The notes beneath the pieces are model-generated. The model saw only the letters and a program-made list of their open reading frames with translations. It was not told where the DNA came from and did no database searches. A stretch of DNA of 64,000 bases from Microthyrium microscopicum (Eukaryota): the NCBI GenBank assembly GCA_010405405.1, contig MU004244.1:3895-67894 (forward strand). The letters are read 5' to 3'. This document shows positions 24,955 to 35,975 of this stretch, one piece after another. Within the stretch, counting starts at the first letter, position 1. Each line of letters starts with the position of its first letter. The position numbers and the translations under genes are program-made.

Positions 24955-25600
24955 TGTGCTAAAAGGTAGGGAGGATTCCGGAGTTCACAGTGGAAGATTC
25001 AGATGTATGGAAGTGGGAATGGTGGTCTGAAGGATAGGTAACAACAATTGCCTTGCAATGGATAAAATTCGCGAAGATGGGAGAAGGTGTTCGCAGAAGG
25101 TCTGGAACAACAATAACAGGTGGAACAGGGCACCAAATGCTATAGCCAGGCTGCTCGACGCCAACCAAGCATTTTCAGTTAGCAGTCAAGTCACTAATCC
25201 CAAGAGGTTGCAAGAGAAGTCGCAGTGACTGCGGCGAGGAAGTCGTGGAAGGTGCGAGGTTCACTACACAGAAATTCAGGTGGAAAAGCAATTCAAATCT
25301 GATTCTAAGCAGATAGATGCAGGGTCGACTTTATTCAAGTCTCTGGAAGCGATACGATCAGAGGAATACCAGAACGACTTTCAGTTGGAGCACGAAGAAA
25401 AGTCACAGTGAAAGGCATCCACAACTTGATATATTGTTTTCAAGCCGGACCCGGCACCCGGAGGATCACTAAAGCGGCGCCTTTCAATAATTCGTACCAG
25501 AATCAAGCCAGATGAAATTTTATCATGTCGTTCGTCTTGGTCTTATCTCTGGATTCTCTGGGGAAGCGCCGTCTTTCACATTTGACCAATATGGGACAAT

Positions 25601-25654
25601 ATCAACGACATCAACGACATCAACGACATCAACGACATCAACGACATCAACGAC
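25601..25654. repeat. Perfect minisatellite (ATCAACGAC)x6
   Basis: Read directly from the sequence. Confidence 0.95.
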
Positions 25655-26146
25655 TTTATCCCATGGCTTTCCTTTATATGCGTTTCCCCCATCAATCAAC
25701 ATGTTTGCCATCTACTACGTATCTATATATATCCACTACCTTCCCTCCTGTCGTGGAATTCTGATGACTAATCACTCTAGAGGATGCTCAAGCTTCTTGG
25801 ACTTTTTATTGCGTAACCGACAAAGCCATTCATTTTCATAGCTTCTGCTTATAACCAAACGAGTCGCATCCGTTGTAATTATCGTGCAAGCAATCTCTTC
25901 TGCGTCAAATGCATCTTGTCTGATCTCTTCCACAGCTCGGACTTTCTTCAAGTCTTTTTCGAAGTCGCAATGATCGACCAGTTCCCAAGGGTTCACTATG
26001 TTATATAGTACATGCTTCAACGCTATTCCCGAAAACAGGTACGCTTAGGTACCTAGGTATATAATAGAGCAATCACTTTTCCCGTCGTCAATTTAGCAGC
26101 TTCTCTATTCTTCCTCCTCCTCCTGTTCATGGTCATGTTCCTCCTA

Positions 26147-27331
26147 TTACTCCTGTTTTTCCTCCTCCTCCTCCTCTTGCTCATTCATCTTCTTATTCTC
26201 GTTCTGCTGGCCTGCCGCTTCCGCCTGGACCTTTAGACAAGCTTTCTTCTTCTTCTCCTTGTTCTCCTTCATCTTTTGAACATGAACGTCATGTAGTGTT
26301 GAATCCACAGGGCGCGCTAGCAGACTTGGGAAGTCGGCGGCAGTGAGGATTCGACCACCACACCGACGCTTCACCCAGTCAAACTGGTTGCGCTGTCCTT
26401 TAGGAGCATCTGGCTCTTCCAAATGGACTTTGCGTAGGTGCTCTCCAATTCCAATTGGACCGTGTATGAAGTGTACGCGTTTACCGATGAGTCGAGCGTT
26501 GCCATTGCTGCAATTTGGGCAACGAAGCGCCATGTATCGATCCTCCCCAATCTGTACAACGGGGAGTCTACGGGCGGTACGTCCAGTCGTCTCCGGCTGT
26601 ATTAGGGTATCATCAATTGGCTCTTCATCTTTATCTTCATCTTCCCCTTCATCTTCCCCTTCATCTTCCCCTTCATCTTCCCCTTCATCTTCCCCTTCAT
26701 CTTCCCCTTCATCTTCCCTTTCATCTTCCCCTTCATCTTCCCCTTCATCTTCCCCTTCCTGGTTCTCTTCCTGGTTCTCCTCCTGTTCTTGTTCTTCGTC
26801 GTCGGTAACGACAGCGAACTGACCAGGATCTTCTTGGAAGTGACTGGAACGGCCGACTTGGACGTGACTGCGACCAGGTTGTGTATTGTTACTACCAGTT
26901 GGAGTAAGAGTAGAGGCTGTGTCAACAGGTTGGAATTGATTGTTAGCGGATGAGCCACTTGTAGGAGAGTTCATAGCAGACCCGTGAAGACCTCTATTGG
27001 TATGCGAAAGAAGCCGTGGGTCAATCGGAATGGTTTCCGTGTCTTCTGGGAAGGTCATGAGAGAGCGATATCGATCAGCCCCAAGACGTCTAGGTGCTTG
27101 TTGAGAGCTAATGACCTGTCTAAAGAACTCATTTGAGTCATCGTGCTGTCCCCGAGTTGATCGTCGCAGAGCTCCAGGTTGAGATTTGTTACCCGGTGTT
27201 CGTGAGATTGACTGAGGTGTGGTTGAAGTATTGACCTGCTGAAGTTCGCCATCATACTCGGGAGGGTCGGGATAAGTTGCTTGTGTTGAAGCTGCTTCAG
27301 ACATGCTTTGCGGCTGAACTCCAGCGGGCAC
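26147..27331 (-). CDS. Atypical zinc-finger family member F (394 aa, intronless)
   Basis: LPVVQIGEDRYMALRCPNCSNGNAR...FIHGPIGIGEHLRKVH...FDWVKRRCGG; acidic repeat before the finger and Lys-rich tail after it. Confidence 0.8.
   Translation of the reverse strand: MPAGVQPQSMSEAASTQATYPDPPEYDGELQQVNTSTTPQSISRTPGNKSQPGALRRSTRGQHDDSNEFFRQVISSQQAPRRLGADRYRSLMTFPEDTETIPIDPRLLSHTNRGLHGSAMNSPTSGSSANNQFQPVDTASTLTPTGSNNTQPGRSHVQVGRSSHFQEDPGQFAVVTDDEEQEQEENQEENQEGEDEGEDEGEDEREDEGEDEGEDEGEDEGEDEGEDEGEDEDKDEEPIDDTLIQPETTGRTARRLPVVQIGEDRYMALRCPNCSNGNARLIGKRVHFIHGPIGIGEHLRKVHLEEPDAPKGQRNQFDWVKRRCGGRILTAADFPSLLARPVDSTLHDVHVQKMKENKEKKKKACLKVQAEAAGQQNENKKMNEQEEEEEEKQE
26636..26755 (-). repeat. 12-bp coding tandem repeat (TTCATCTTCCCC)x10, one unit variant, encoding GEDE in member F
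   Basis: Read directly; protein shows (GEDE)3-REDE-(GEDE)6. Confidence 0.93.
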
Positions 27332-28170
27332 GACATAGTAGGGCCCTCTCGCGGCGCTTTGTTAAGGGTCAACGTACATGGTGGCTGGCGATTCTGTATC
27401 TTCGTTGCGGGCTACACCCGGTAGTGTCATCGCTGGGTTATTGCAGGGCAATTCAACACGGTGTCCAGGCTTGGCCTGGGACTTGAGCTTGCTTGAAGGC
27501 GCCGTGATGTTCGTTGCGGCAGGTTAATTCAGGAAGGCGGCTTTTTGCAGCAAAAGTGAAGTTGGGCCGCGAAAGGCGCTACAAAGGGCGAGTACAAGTC
27601 GCAAAGATTCACAGTCGTCGATGTTTTGTTGTGGATGAGACTAATATCCGGTAAGTGAGGATGAAGAGGTGTGGGCGGGTTGCAATACGTAAAGGTAAAG
27701 ACCTCGAACATAAATTCCGGCCGCGAAGCCACTCGGATGCTCTTTGGCAAGACTAAAACATCGTTAGATATAACGATATCAGAAGAGGTAAAGATAAGAC
27801 AGAGCGGGGCTTGCAGGAGGCGGCGCGTGGAGGTGGCATCAATATCAAGCTGATACTTTTCCGGACGAGAGCACGATGAATGAAACACTATTATGCCGCA
27901 GGTTCAATGTTTATGGCCAGATTGTATTAGAGAACAGTCGATCATATCGTATTATCCTTGTTTTTATGCTTAGTGTGCCTGAGATTGAGTCTCTTCAAGA
28001 CTGAAGTTCAATATGGCGATACTAAGCTCAACAGGCTCCTACCTGGAGAAAGTTGGATTTGATTCCAGCAAAGCAGTAAGATCTGTGAACTTACTCCCTT
28101 GCAAGAAGTATACTAGTGCCAGAATCGGGTCTTGAAGCTGCCATTCAAAATAGTTACAGAACCGGACGAG

Positions 28171-28239
28171 GAGATGAAGTTGCGCCATCGGGCTGAGACC
28201 TCGAACATGAGGCTGAAATTTATTTCCCATAAGGCTGAA
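28171..28239 (-). promoter_or_regulatory. Conserved upstream element (3x TCAGCC + ATGGCGCAACTTCATCT), ~840 bp upstream of member F
   Basis: Reverse complement matches the elements at 48491-48537 and 52540-52587; regulatory function is inferred. Confidence 0.5.
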
Positions 28240-28948
28240 CCCCATCTTACTCCCTTGTCTTTCAGTCCTTCTGGTCCCAAAAACCTTGGATGATTTTATT
28301 GATTTTATTGGTTTTATCCTCGCTCTAGACTGCCTATTGATTGGTTTCGTGTAACGTGTTTTGCGCAGGAAAGCTTAATACTCATTTGGAGATTTTCTTT
28401 TCGGCGATTGCGGTGAACATGCTCAGTTTCTTCTCATCTGATTTTGCTGATCGTTTGCACTTGTCTCAGCAACATGGTTTGTATTTGCTTTGCTTGTGAT
28501 CAGATGAGTTCCATTCGCAGGCAAATAGACCTGTGAAGTCATCTGGGCATGCCTTTGCCAAATAAAATGTCATTCTGCGCATACTTGGTCTTTACAAAGG
28601 CAAACAAGCAGGCAATATAACAGACGCTTTGGCATGGCCTCGGTTAGCTCTATTGCTTTCCGCAGATGGCGATGATCTATTAAGCTTTTGGCCAATACTA
28701 TGGCATATATTGGAGGTAGCATGTTGCGTTTATTGGCATTGGTATCTTTTGATTTCAATATAAATATACTAATACTTGAAGTTTAGTTCTGGGAGTTGCA
28801 ATCGCTTTTCTAACATTTAAAAAGAGCCTCACAACAACTGCCCGCTTTGCTCTTTTCAATTTCACTTTTTCTACTCAACCCAAAGGCTCCTACGCCATGT
28901 TGTCAAGTCAAGTCTTTTCAGCTGCCTTCAAACTCCATTGAGTCGCCC

Positions 28949-31333
28949 TTACTGCTTATCATCACCTTTATGATGCTTTTTCCACCACGAAGTTTCCTTG
29001 TAGCTCTCCTCAACGTAATCATCCTCGTCATCATCAGATACGCCGGGAACAGATGCTCGAAGAGCCGCTCGAGCTCGAACGACTGATCGGTCGATTCGAT
29101 AAAGTGGACGACCATTAGCATCCGTACGGTAATGGTTTGGCAAGGCCGACTCTCCGCCATGATGAGTTGGGAAGGTTGGAGTATTTTCATGCCGCTCTGG
29201 AAAATTTTGATTGCGGCTTTGGTGAACTCGACGATTGAGAACGTTCCCTTGCTGCATTTGGAAACCCGAGGTCTTCAGCTGCTGCGTAGGTAAGGCTGGA
29301 TCGTGGGCTTGACGCATAGGAAGCTGTGCAGCGCCCTGTTGGCGTACCGGACCGCTGGAATCTGCATGATACTGTCCTGGGTGTTCTGGTAGACAACCTT
29401 GATCTATCCGGGGGCCTCGAGTGGCTCCTTGGTGCGTTTGGATGCTCATGTCGTTACCTTGACGCATCAAAAAGCCAGGGGTATCCTGTTGGCGGAACGA
29501 CATGCCCAATGGATTCACTTGCCACGTAGGGAATCTCGAATTGTGATCTTGAGCAGTCTGGGAGGTCGATGCGCCGGTCTGGTAACTTCCATACCCAATG
29601 CCATATCCTTGATGGGAGATATGTGTAGGTCCTTGGGGCAGCTGCATCTGTGTCACTCCAAGATTCTGCGGAGGGTATGGAATAAATGTGGTAGGGTTGT
29701 TTCCAAACTGTTGATTGTATCGAGCACGAATAGCCGCAGCCTCCAACTCGCGCCTAGCTCTCTCCGCTTTGTCCTTCTTCGCCTTTCTCACACCAATAGC
29801 ACGTGCTTCTCGCTGTGAAGGAAGCAATTGCGACCGTGCTTCCTTGGCTGTCAACGTGCCAATCTCATCTTCGTTAATGACGTCCTTCTTGGCGACTGAC
29901 AGGAGCCATCGAAACTGCTTACGCAATTTGTGGTTCTTAGAGAGTTTCTTTCCCTGCGCATCCAAGGGCTCCTTTCCGTGGCTACATTGAAGGTGTTGTT
30001 GTACTCCCTTAGCGCCTTTGAAAAATACTAAGTAATCATCATGACCTTCTTGTCCCTCAACACGACGGGCGTTGCCGTCGCATTCGGGACAGCGAAGAAG
30101 GAGCAGGGTGCCATCAGCTAGTTTTACTAGTGGTAACTGCGATGCATCTTTCTTGTATAAAGACGATGCATTGGGGCGACTAACGTTTGATGTTGGTAGT
30201 CTAGAGGGCCGAGCACGGGAAGTTGTGTGGGTTGTGTTTTGCTGAGTTGCGAAAGCTGACTGGGATGTATTTTGTTGACATTCAAAGATCACAGCCCCAG
30301 TTCCGCTAATGCCAAGGACACGCCGTGGTGGGTTCAGAACTTCGTCCCCTCCAGAAGTATCACGCGAGGAAGGGTGACTGGAATTGTCGACTTGAGCAGG
30401 GACGGTCGCGCCAGGGACGAAAATGGAAGAGGAAGTTGAATGTGCATGGCCATGGCCATGGCCATGGCCTTCTCCGAAGAAAGTCGAAGAAAAGCCTTGA
30501 CGCTGTAATCGTCTCGTTCCAGCATGCGTATGGCTATATTGGGATTGACTAGACCGTAGTTGATTGAAGTCCGGCTGACTGAGCGGATAATTTTGGGATA
30601 CGCTACGCGGAGAAGGGAAGTATCTTGGGAATCCTGGATATGGTGCCTGTATGGCATCATTACGGTAGTGAGGATTCTTCGGATTCAGGCCGAAATGGTG
30701 GTATTCATGGTCACTTTGAGAATCAACGCCGGGAAAGGTATCAAAATCAGGATCAAATGCTCCTTGTATGTGATGGTTTCCAAAAGGATCGAAATGCGGC
30801 GTTGATACGTGATTGAAGTTTTGCGCAGGCGCGCTAACAGAAGGTTGATTCGAATTCACGAATCCGTCATGTAGACCTGGGTAAAGGTTTCCCGAAGTAG
30901 AATTGAATGGAGTGTCTTCATTTGAGGTAGAGCCATACGGAGCTGCAGGCAAGGTATAAGACGCAGCTGCAAAATCTTGTACTTGGGTTTGCTCTGATGC
31001 TTCTAGACCTCTATCGGATTGGAATCCGGGTAGACCTGGTGGAGTAGTCGAGAAAGACGCTTCGACCTCGAAGTCACTATCGCGTTCCACGAAGGCGGCA
31101 AGTTGAGGATGGAAATGCTCGTTGAATCTCGAGACTGGATGAGGAGTTTCGCGAAGCGAGGCTTGTTCAGCGTGTCTACCTTGGTGCTCTTCTGGGCATG
31201 AAAAGGTCCCATGGGAGGAATCCTGACAATCTTCGACAGAAGTGAAGTTCATGCTACCTGTCAAAGCCATGGGATCGTTCCAAGCATCGCCATCGGATTC
31301 GGTGCGCTCGTCAGACCACTCCATTGCGGACAT
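28949..31333 (-). CDS. Atypical zinc-finger family member G (794 aa, intronless)
   Basis: LPLVKLADGTLLLLRCPECDGNARRVEG...FFKGAKGVQQHLQCSH; charged helix followed by a Q/P/G-rich tail. Confidence 0.8.
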   Translation of the reverse strand: MSAMEWSDERTESDGDAWNDPMALTGSMNFTSVEDCQDSSHGTFSCPEEHQGRHAEQASLRETPHPVSRFNEHFHPQLAAFVERDSDFEVEASFSTTPPGLPGFQSDRGLEASEQTQVQDFAAASYTLPAAPYGSTSNEDTPFNSTSGNLYPGLHDGFVNSNQPSVSAPAQNFNHVSTPHFDPFGNHHIQGAFDPDFDTFPGVDSQSDHEYHHFGLNPKNPHYRNDAIQAPYPGFPRYFPSPRSVSQNYPLSQPDFNQLRSSQSQYSHTHAGTRRLQRQGFSSTFFGEGHGHGHGHAHSTSSSIFVPGATVPAQVDNSSHPSSRDTSGGDEVLNPPRRVLGISGTGAVIFECQQNTSQSAFATQQNTTHTTSRARPSRLPTSNVSRPNASSLYKKDASQLPLVKLADGTLLLLRCPECDGNARRVEGQEGHDDYLVFFKGAKGVQQHLQCSHGKEPLDAQGKKLSKNHKLRKQFRWLLSVAKKDVINEDEIGTLTAKEARSQLLPSQREARAIGVRKAKKDKAERARRELEAAAIRARYNQQFGNNPTTFIPYPPQNLGVTQMQLPQGPTHISHQGYGIGYGSYQTGASTSQTAQDHNSRFPTWQVNPLGMSFRQQDTPGFLMRQGNDMSIQTHQGATRGPRIDQGCLPEHPGQYHADSSGPVRQQGAAQLPMRQAHDPALPTQQLKTSGFQMQQGNVLNRRVHQSRNQNFPERHENTPTFPTHHGGESALPNHYRTDANGRPLYRIDRSVVRARAALRASVPGVSDDDEDDYVEESYKETSWWKKHHKGDDKQ

Positions 31334-33240
31334 CTCAAAGGTGCGCCAAAATTAGCGACCTTGATATGAAGTAGGAAGGCTGACACAGAGGTGAGGAGTT
31401 ATTAAGTAGTGATTGGAGCAATTGAATTTGTGGTTCGGTGAGTGAGTGGAATGAGATGGTGACAGTGTGATGGTGTATCGAGGCTGTGTTTGGAGCTTCT
31501 TTTGTCAAGTGTGGACTGGAGGTCGAGAAATCTGGGGACAGGCTAGACAGAATCGGGCTATTAAAATCGTTAGACTTGGGGAAAGAGCTGTCCACGAAGC
31601 TGAAGGAGCAATAGTGTTGAGGTGACTTTGGAAAACACCTGGAGTATATAAGCTTTCCAATCGTACGATACCTCGCATCGGTATGTCGAAAGCCACCTGC
31701 AACCCTCAAGCGATGATTAGAGATCAGGCTTGTAGTTCAGACACAAGGGCATAACAGCTCACCGATTCTCGTCAATAACGATGTCTGCCACGATTTATTT
31801 GGAACAAAAGATCTAATGTTTTGGAAAACATTCTGTATACCATGCTAGTCGAACCCTCCACGGCAAAAGATAAATGCTCAATCTAAGGACGTACTGAACG
31901 AGGTTGTCTTAGCTCATGGAAACAGCCCATTAATTTCGTTGTACAGTTGAGGAGGATCAAGGTGAGAAGTGTGCCATAACTCGGAGGATTTGTTTGGCTA
32001 CTCTGATTGACTTTTGTAATCCCAGCTTTGTCTGATGAGTAAGAAAGAACTTGGGCTAAGCCCATCAAATATTTTATCTTCCACAAGAGGTGATATCAGT
32101 CCGGAGATATTTTCTCATGTAATGGTAAGTCTATATTCTTGATTTATCAGCTGCAACTGGAAGCCCAGGAGGTCCGCCAGTATGTGCCGAATACTCTTTT
32201 TTAACCCAGTGACATCTTCGAATGATAGAACGCAAGTTTTGGGTAGAAATACTGGGGATTGTTTATTTCTAATTCGGTCGGGTTGCAACAAGGATATACA
32301 CGCCACAGATGGAGTTGTCACTACATGATATCTATCTTGTACGTTGCGCAGAGAGCCTCCATTGTAGATAGAATCAGTTCAAGGCCAATCATGATGTATC
32401 TAGAATATTATGGGCAACATAGAGAGTGGAGAAAGTTCAGGAATCTATATGCATACCATGAGCATGGTGCAATTGGGATGAGCATCTAAAAATAAGGTTT
32501 TAAATTGAGGAATTGCTTACATGTTGAACGAAACAACAATAAAAGCGCGCATCACCTTCACATTGCAGCGGAGGCTTGCAAAGTAGTGAAAGGCAAGCTT
32601 TAGATCATGAAGCTTTGATAAAAGTGAGCACTTAGAAGCTATAATGAACATTTGTCTCTATTCAATGCAAGGTGTGTGTTCAACATAAGGTTTGCAGCAG
32701 CTCTTCCCGCCTGCTGGGTTTGCAAGCCAGTCTAACGCTCACCAATATAGGCAAGAACATTCCTCATATTGGAACTGACGTCTACGAGAGAGGATCAGCT
32801 GATAGCGATAGTAACTAGGCGCTTCAGGCAGTTTTTAAAAAGAGGCCTCCTTGAATAATTGAAGAAATGGGATCTGGCTATCGTTCCATCACTTGCCCAC
32901 TTCACATTTTCCGAGAATTCTTTGCAATTTTCCAGCAAATCGAGCAATAGACTCTTCTTCTTTTTAACACTAGGAATACGAACCGAGGTATCGAACAGGC
33001 TAGTTGACTGCCAAAGCTTTTTGCACCGAAAGAGTTCAGCTTAGTCTAGGCGACTACAACACTAGCAACTGTTGGACTTGATTTCTGCTATACACCAGGC
33101 AGCATTATATAGGAGCTTTCCAACGATCTCTAACCTGATCAACACCAACCAAAGCCAAATCAAAAGCATCTTACACGAAAGAATCAAAATCTAGTTCGAG
33201 TCGCCAAAATTCATCAGCAGCAATTGGGAGAGCTGCAACT

Positions 33241-34007
33241 ATGTTCACAGTAGAAATGGGACCATCAATCCTCGACGATGATATCGACACGGAAGAACCG
33301 GACATATGGACAGCATATCTGCACCACTGCGACCGCAGTATGAGTGAGTTCGCACTATTTATCCAGAGAATGAACATGGACTTCAAGCAATGGATCCACC
33401 AAGAAATTCTATCAAAAGCATACTCCACCGATGCACACGACACCCTCTTCGATACACCATTCACAGCATCGACTAGCTCACCACCCTCTGAGAACAAAAC
33501 CCTCGACGAGACGGCCACAATGGACCCACGTTCCACCGATATCAAACAAGCCATATGGGACGAAGTAGTCTTCATATCGAACTACCCCGTGACCCGACTC
33601 CGCGGCGGGCTATATCTCGAGCTCGGCTGCCCAGACTGTCGTAAGTCCTCCCATATTTTCGCCCCCTCTCCTTCCCTTCTCATTTACCAGTTTGTATTCT
33701 ACGCTAACAGCAACCAGTAGGCAACGCCTACACCATCCACAATCCAGACACGGGCGAGATAAACTACGAATTTCTCAAAGGCGAATACGACTTGACACAT
33801 CATTTACGTATTGTGCATAATAGACAGCCGGTGAATATACATGGGCGAGCAATACTGCAGTCGTTCGATAGAAACTCGATTCTCAAAGCATGTGCGGTGA
33901 GAAGCTTGAGGCTGGAAGAGGTGGGGAAGATCTTGCCGATTGGGATTAGTGACAAGATTCATCCTGAAGTGTTGAAGAAGGAGATTGCTAAGGAGAAAAG
34001 AGGATGA
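33241..34007 (+). CDS. Atypical zinc-finger family member H (~229 aa); exons 33241-33640 and 33718-34007
   Basis: A 77-nt GTAAGT...CTAAC...CAG intron gives YPVTRLRGGLYLELGCPDCLGNAY...YEFLKGEYDLTHHLRIVH; the 3' end may be frameshifted. Confidence 0.72.
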
Positions 34008-34765
34008 AGGGAAGTTTTGGGAGCGGAGGCGGCATGAACGGGTTCGAAAACGGGATACTAAGGATGATACCCTGGGGGCGGATGGGATGCATCATGAGGA
34101 GTTCCTGAATAAATACCTGGCTGGTGCCGAGAGGTATGCAAAATTTTGGTGGGTTGCCGACGGAAAACTCGAGTTTCGGCTTTTGTTCACAAAAGTTGTC
34201 CTGTTCTGTGCCAGTTGGATATTTTCGGCCAGATTGCTCTTGTCTTTTTCTTCCTTTGCGAGCTTTTTGAGTTCTGAATGTCTGGAGACTGTTTTCAAAG
34301 ATGAGGGTGAAGGTTGATTTACTGCTGAGAAAGGTCGAAATCAAGAAGTCTGTTCACTTCGAACCTCCTCCCCACTGGTGCTGTTGACCGTGGTCCGTGG
34401 ATGAGCTGATGGAATTGCGAAGATGCCTTTGTAGTGGAGTGCTACGGCGGGCGGGGTTTCATCATTGAAATTGTACATAGCAAATTGATCAAGTTATTAG
34501 ATTACACCAAGCTCCTTCAAAAGACCGTCAAATTCAAACAGTTGCGGTGTTTGTAGGAAATAGGAGTACAGAGGTAAACAAGAAGAGATGAAGTTAGAAT
34601 TTGCCACGTTTTTGGCAGGGGTTGTTGTTTTAGCTCCATCATCGACTCGACTCTTAACCTCCACTTCTACCAGACCATATAAACATACTCGAAGCAGAAA
34701 AATCCTATTGCAAACGATAAATTTGAGATCCGGGTTTACCAAGCGAAGCGATAGGTCTGACAATT

Positions 34766-35413
34766 ATGAGTTCCTCACCAACATGGCCACCAGCCAACGG
34801 CTTGACAACCATAAGCGTCCCACGAGAGAAAGCCGCACTTGCCCTCCTAGGCTCAGCCAAAATCAATGCTCCGGCATCCCTGGTGTTCGATATAATACGC
34901 AACACCCAGAACTACAAATGGAACAGCTGGATACCAAACGTGACAATAAAAGCTCAACCCGACGGCACACCCACGGACTCCATGCAACTCGTCAAGGACA
35001 CAGCTTTTGACTTCCACGCAATCATGGATAGCTCCAAACCAAACTCCCCATTCGAAGTGCACCTAATCGTCTCCGACATATCAACTCCAGAATCTCCATC
35101 AGACTATGTGCCTATAGAGACCCTCCAGAATGATGGTACTTTCACCTCTGATCTGAGCACTGTTTACCGTATAGCCTGGAAACGACGACCGGGCAGCGAC
35201 TGGATGGGCAATATGCTTAGCTGCGAACGATTCCATGAAGTAATTGTTACAGGCGAGCAAGAGTGTTTGATACGCACGTGGGAAAATCAGGGCGCAGCGC
35301 TGGCTTATATGGTCAAGTGGACGATGAACAGAAAGTTGCAGGGACTTTTTCAGGGTTGGTGTGATGATCTGAAAAACGAGAGCGAGAAGCAAGCGAAGGG
35401 AACAGCGGCATGA
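34766..35413 (+). CDS. SRPBCC/START-like (polyketide cyclase/dehydrase family) protein, 215 aa
   Basis: SAKINAPASLVFDIIRNTQNY.WNSWIP N-terminal pattern and C-terminal helix LFQGWCDDLKNESEK, typical of SRPBCC proteins. Confidence 0.7.
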   Translation: MSSSPTWPPANGLTTISVPREKAALALLGSAKINAPASLVFDIIRNTQNYKWNSWIPNVTIKAQPDGTPTDSMQLVKDTAFDFHAIMDSSKPNSPFEVHLIVSDISTPESPSDYVPIETLQNDGTFTSDLSTVYRIAWKRRPGSDWMGNMLSCERFHEVIVTGEQECLIRTWENQGAALAYMVKWTMNRKLQGLFQGWCDDLKNESEKQAKGTAA

Positions 35414-35975
35414 GTTTTGGTTCGGGGTAGATATAAAACTGCTGAACGGGGAAAAGGGGGTGGCAAGGGAGATGTTTTTATGGATGAGTGGAAGACTTTA
35501 TCGTATCTCAGAGGCTCAAATTAGTATCAGCTGCGCTTATATTGATGAACAACATGGAATGAAGCAATCGTACAGACAATCAAAAACTGGAACCATGATC
35601 CTTTATGTGACATTAGCTTTGACGGGTTCCAAAAGGTTGGTCAAATGAGGCTTAGCAAGAAAATGCCAAGGCTCGTGATAAACGTGGTCCGTGCTTGGCC
35701 CTGTAAGACGATCATTCAGCATCAGGAACCAGGCCGTACCTGGTGTCACAACCCTCTCCAACTTCATCTCACACCAAATCTAGCAAAGAACACCTTTCTC
35801 CATCTATTGTAATCCTTCTCTCTGCTTTGCAGCTATCATGGACCCGCCGTGACATCAGAACCGCGCTGTTAACTCGCTCTGGACACCTCGCCTTACATAC
35901 CTCCGCAAATCCTCCGGCGACCCCTTAAACCACCAGGGTTCAAAGAAATAGCCCATCGCGTAAACTATCACCATC

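Noticed and set aside
25512..26020. Short ORFs around the ATCAACGAC minisatellite and ORF 25772-26020
   Set aside because: Kept open by the repeat or lacking any recognisable motif; cannot be supported as genes.
21880..26062. Palindrome TACCTAGGTA at ~21883 and ~26050
   Set aside because: Too short and too few copies to interpret; not at a consistent position relative to genes.
26343..26958. Alternative-frame ORFs with (SSSP)n, (LHLP)n and (KGKM)n repeats
   Set aside because: Shadows of the 12-bp GEDE repeat in member F.
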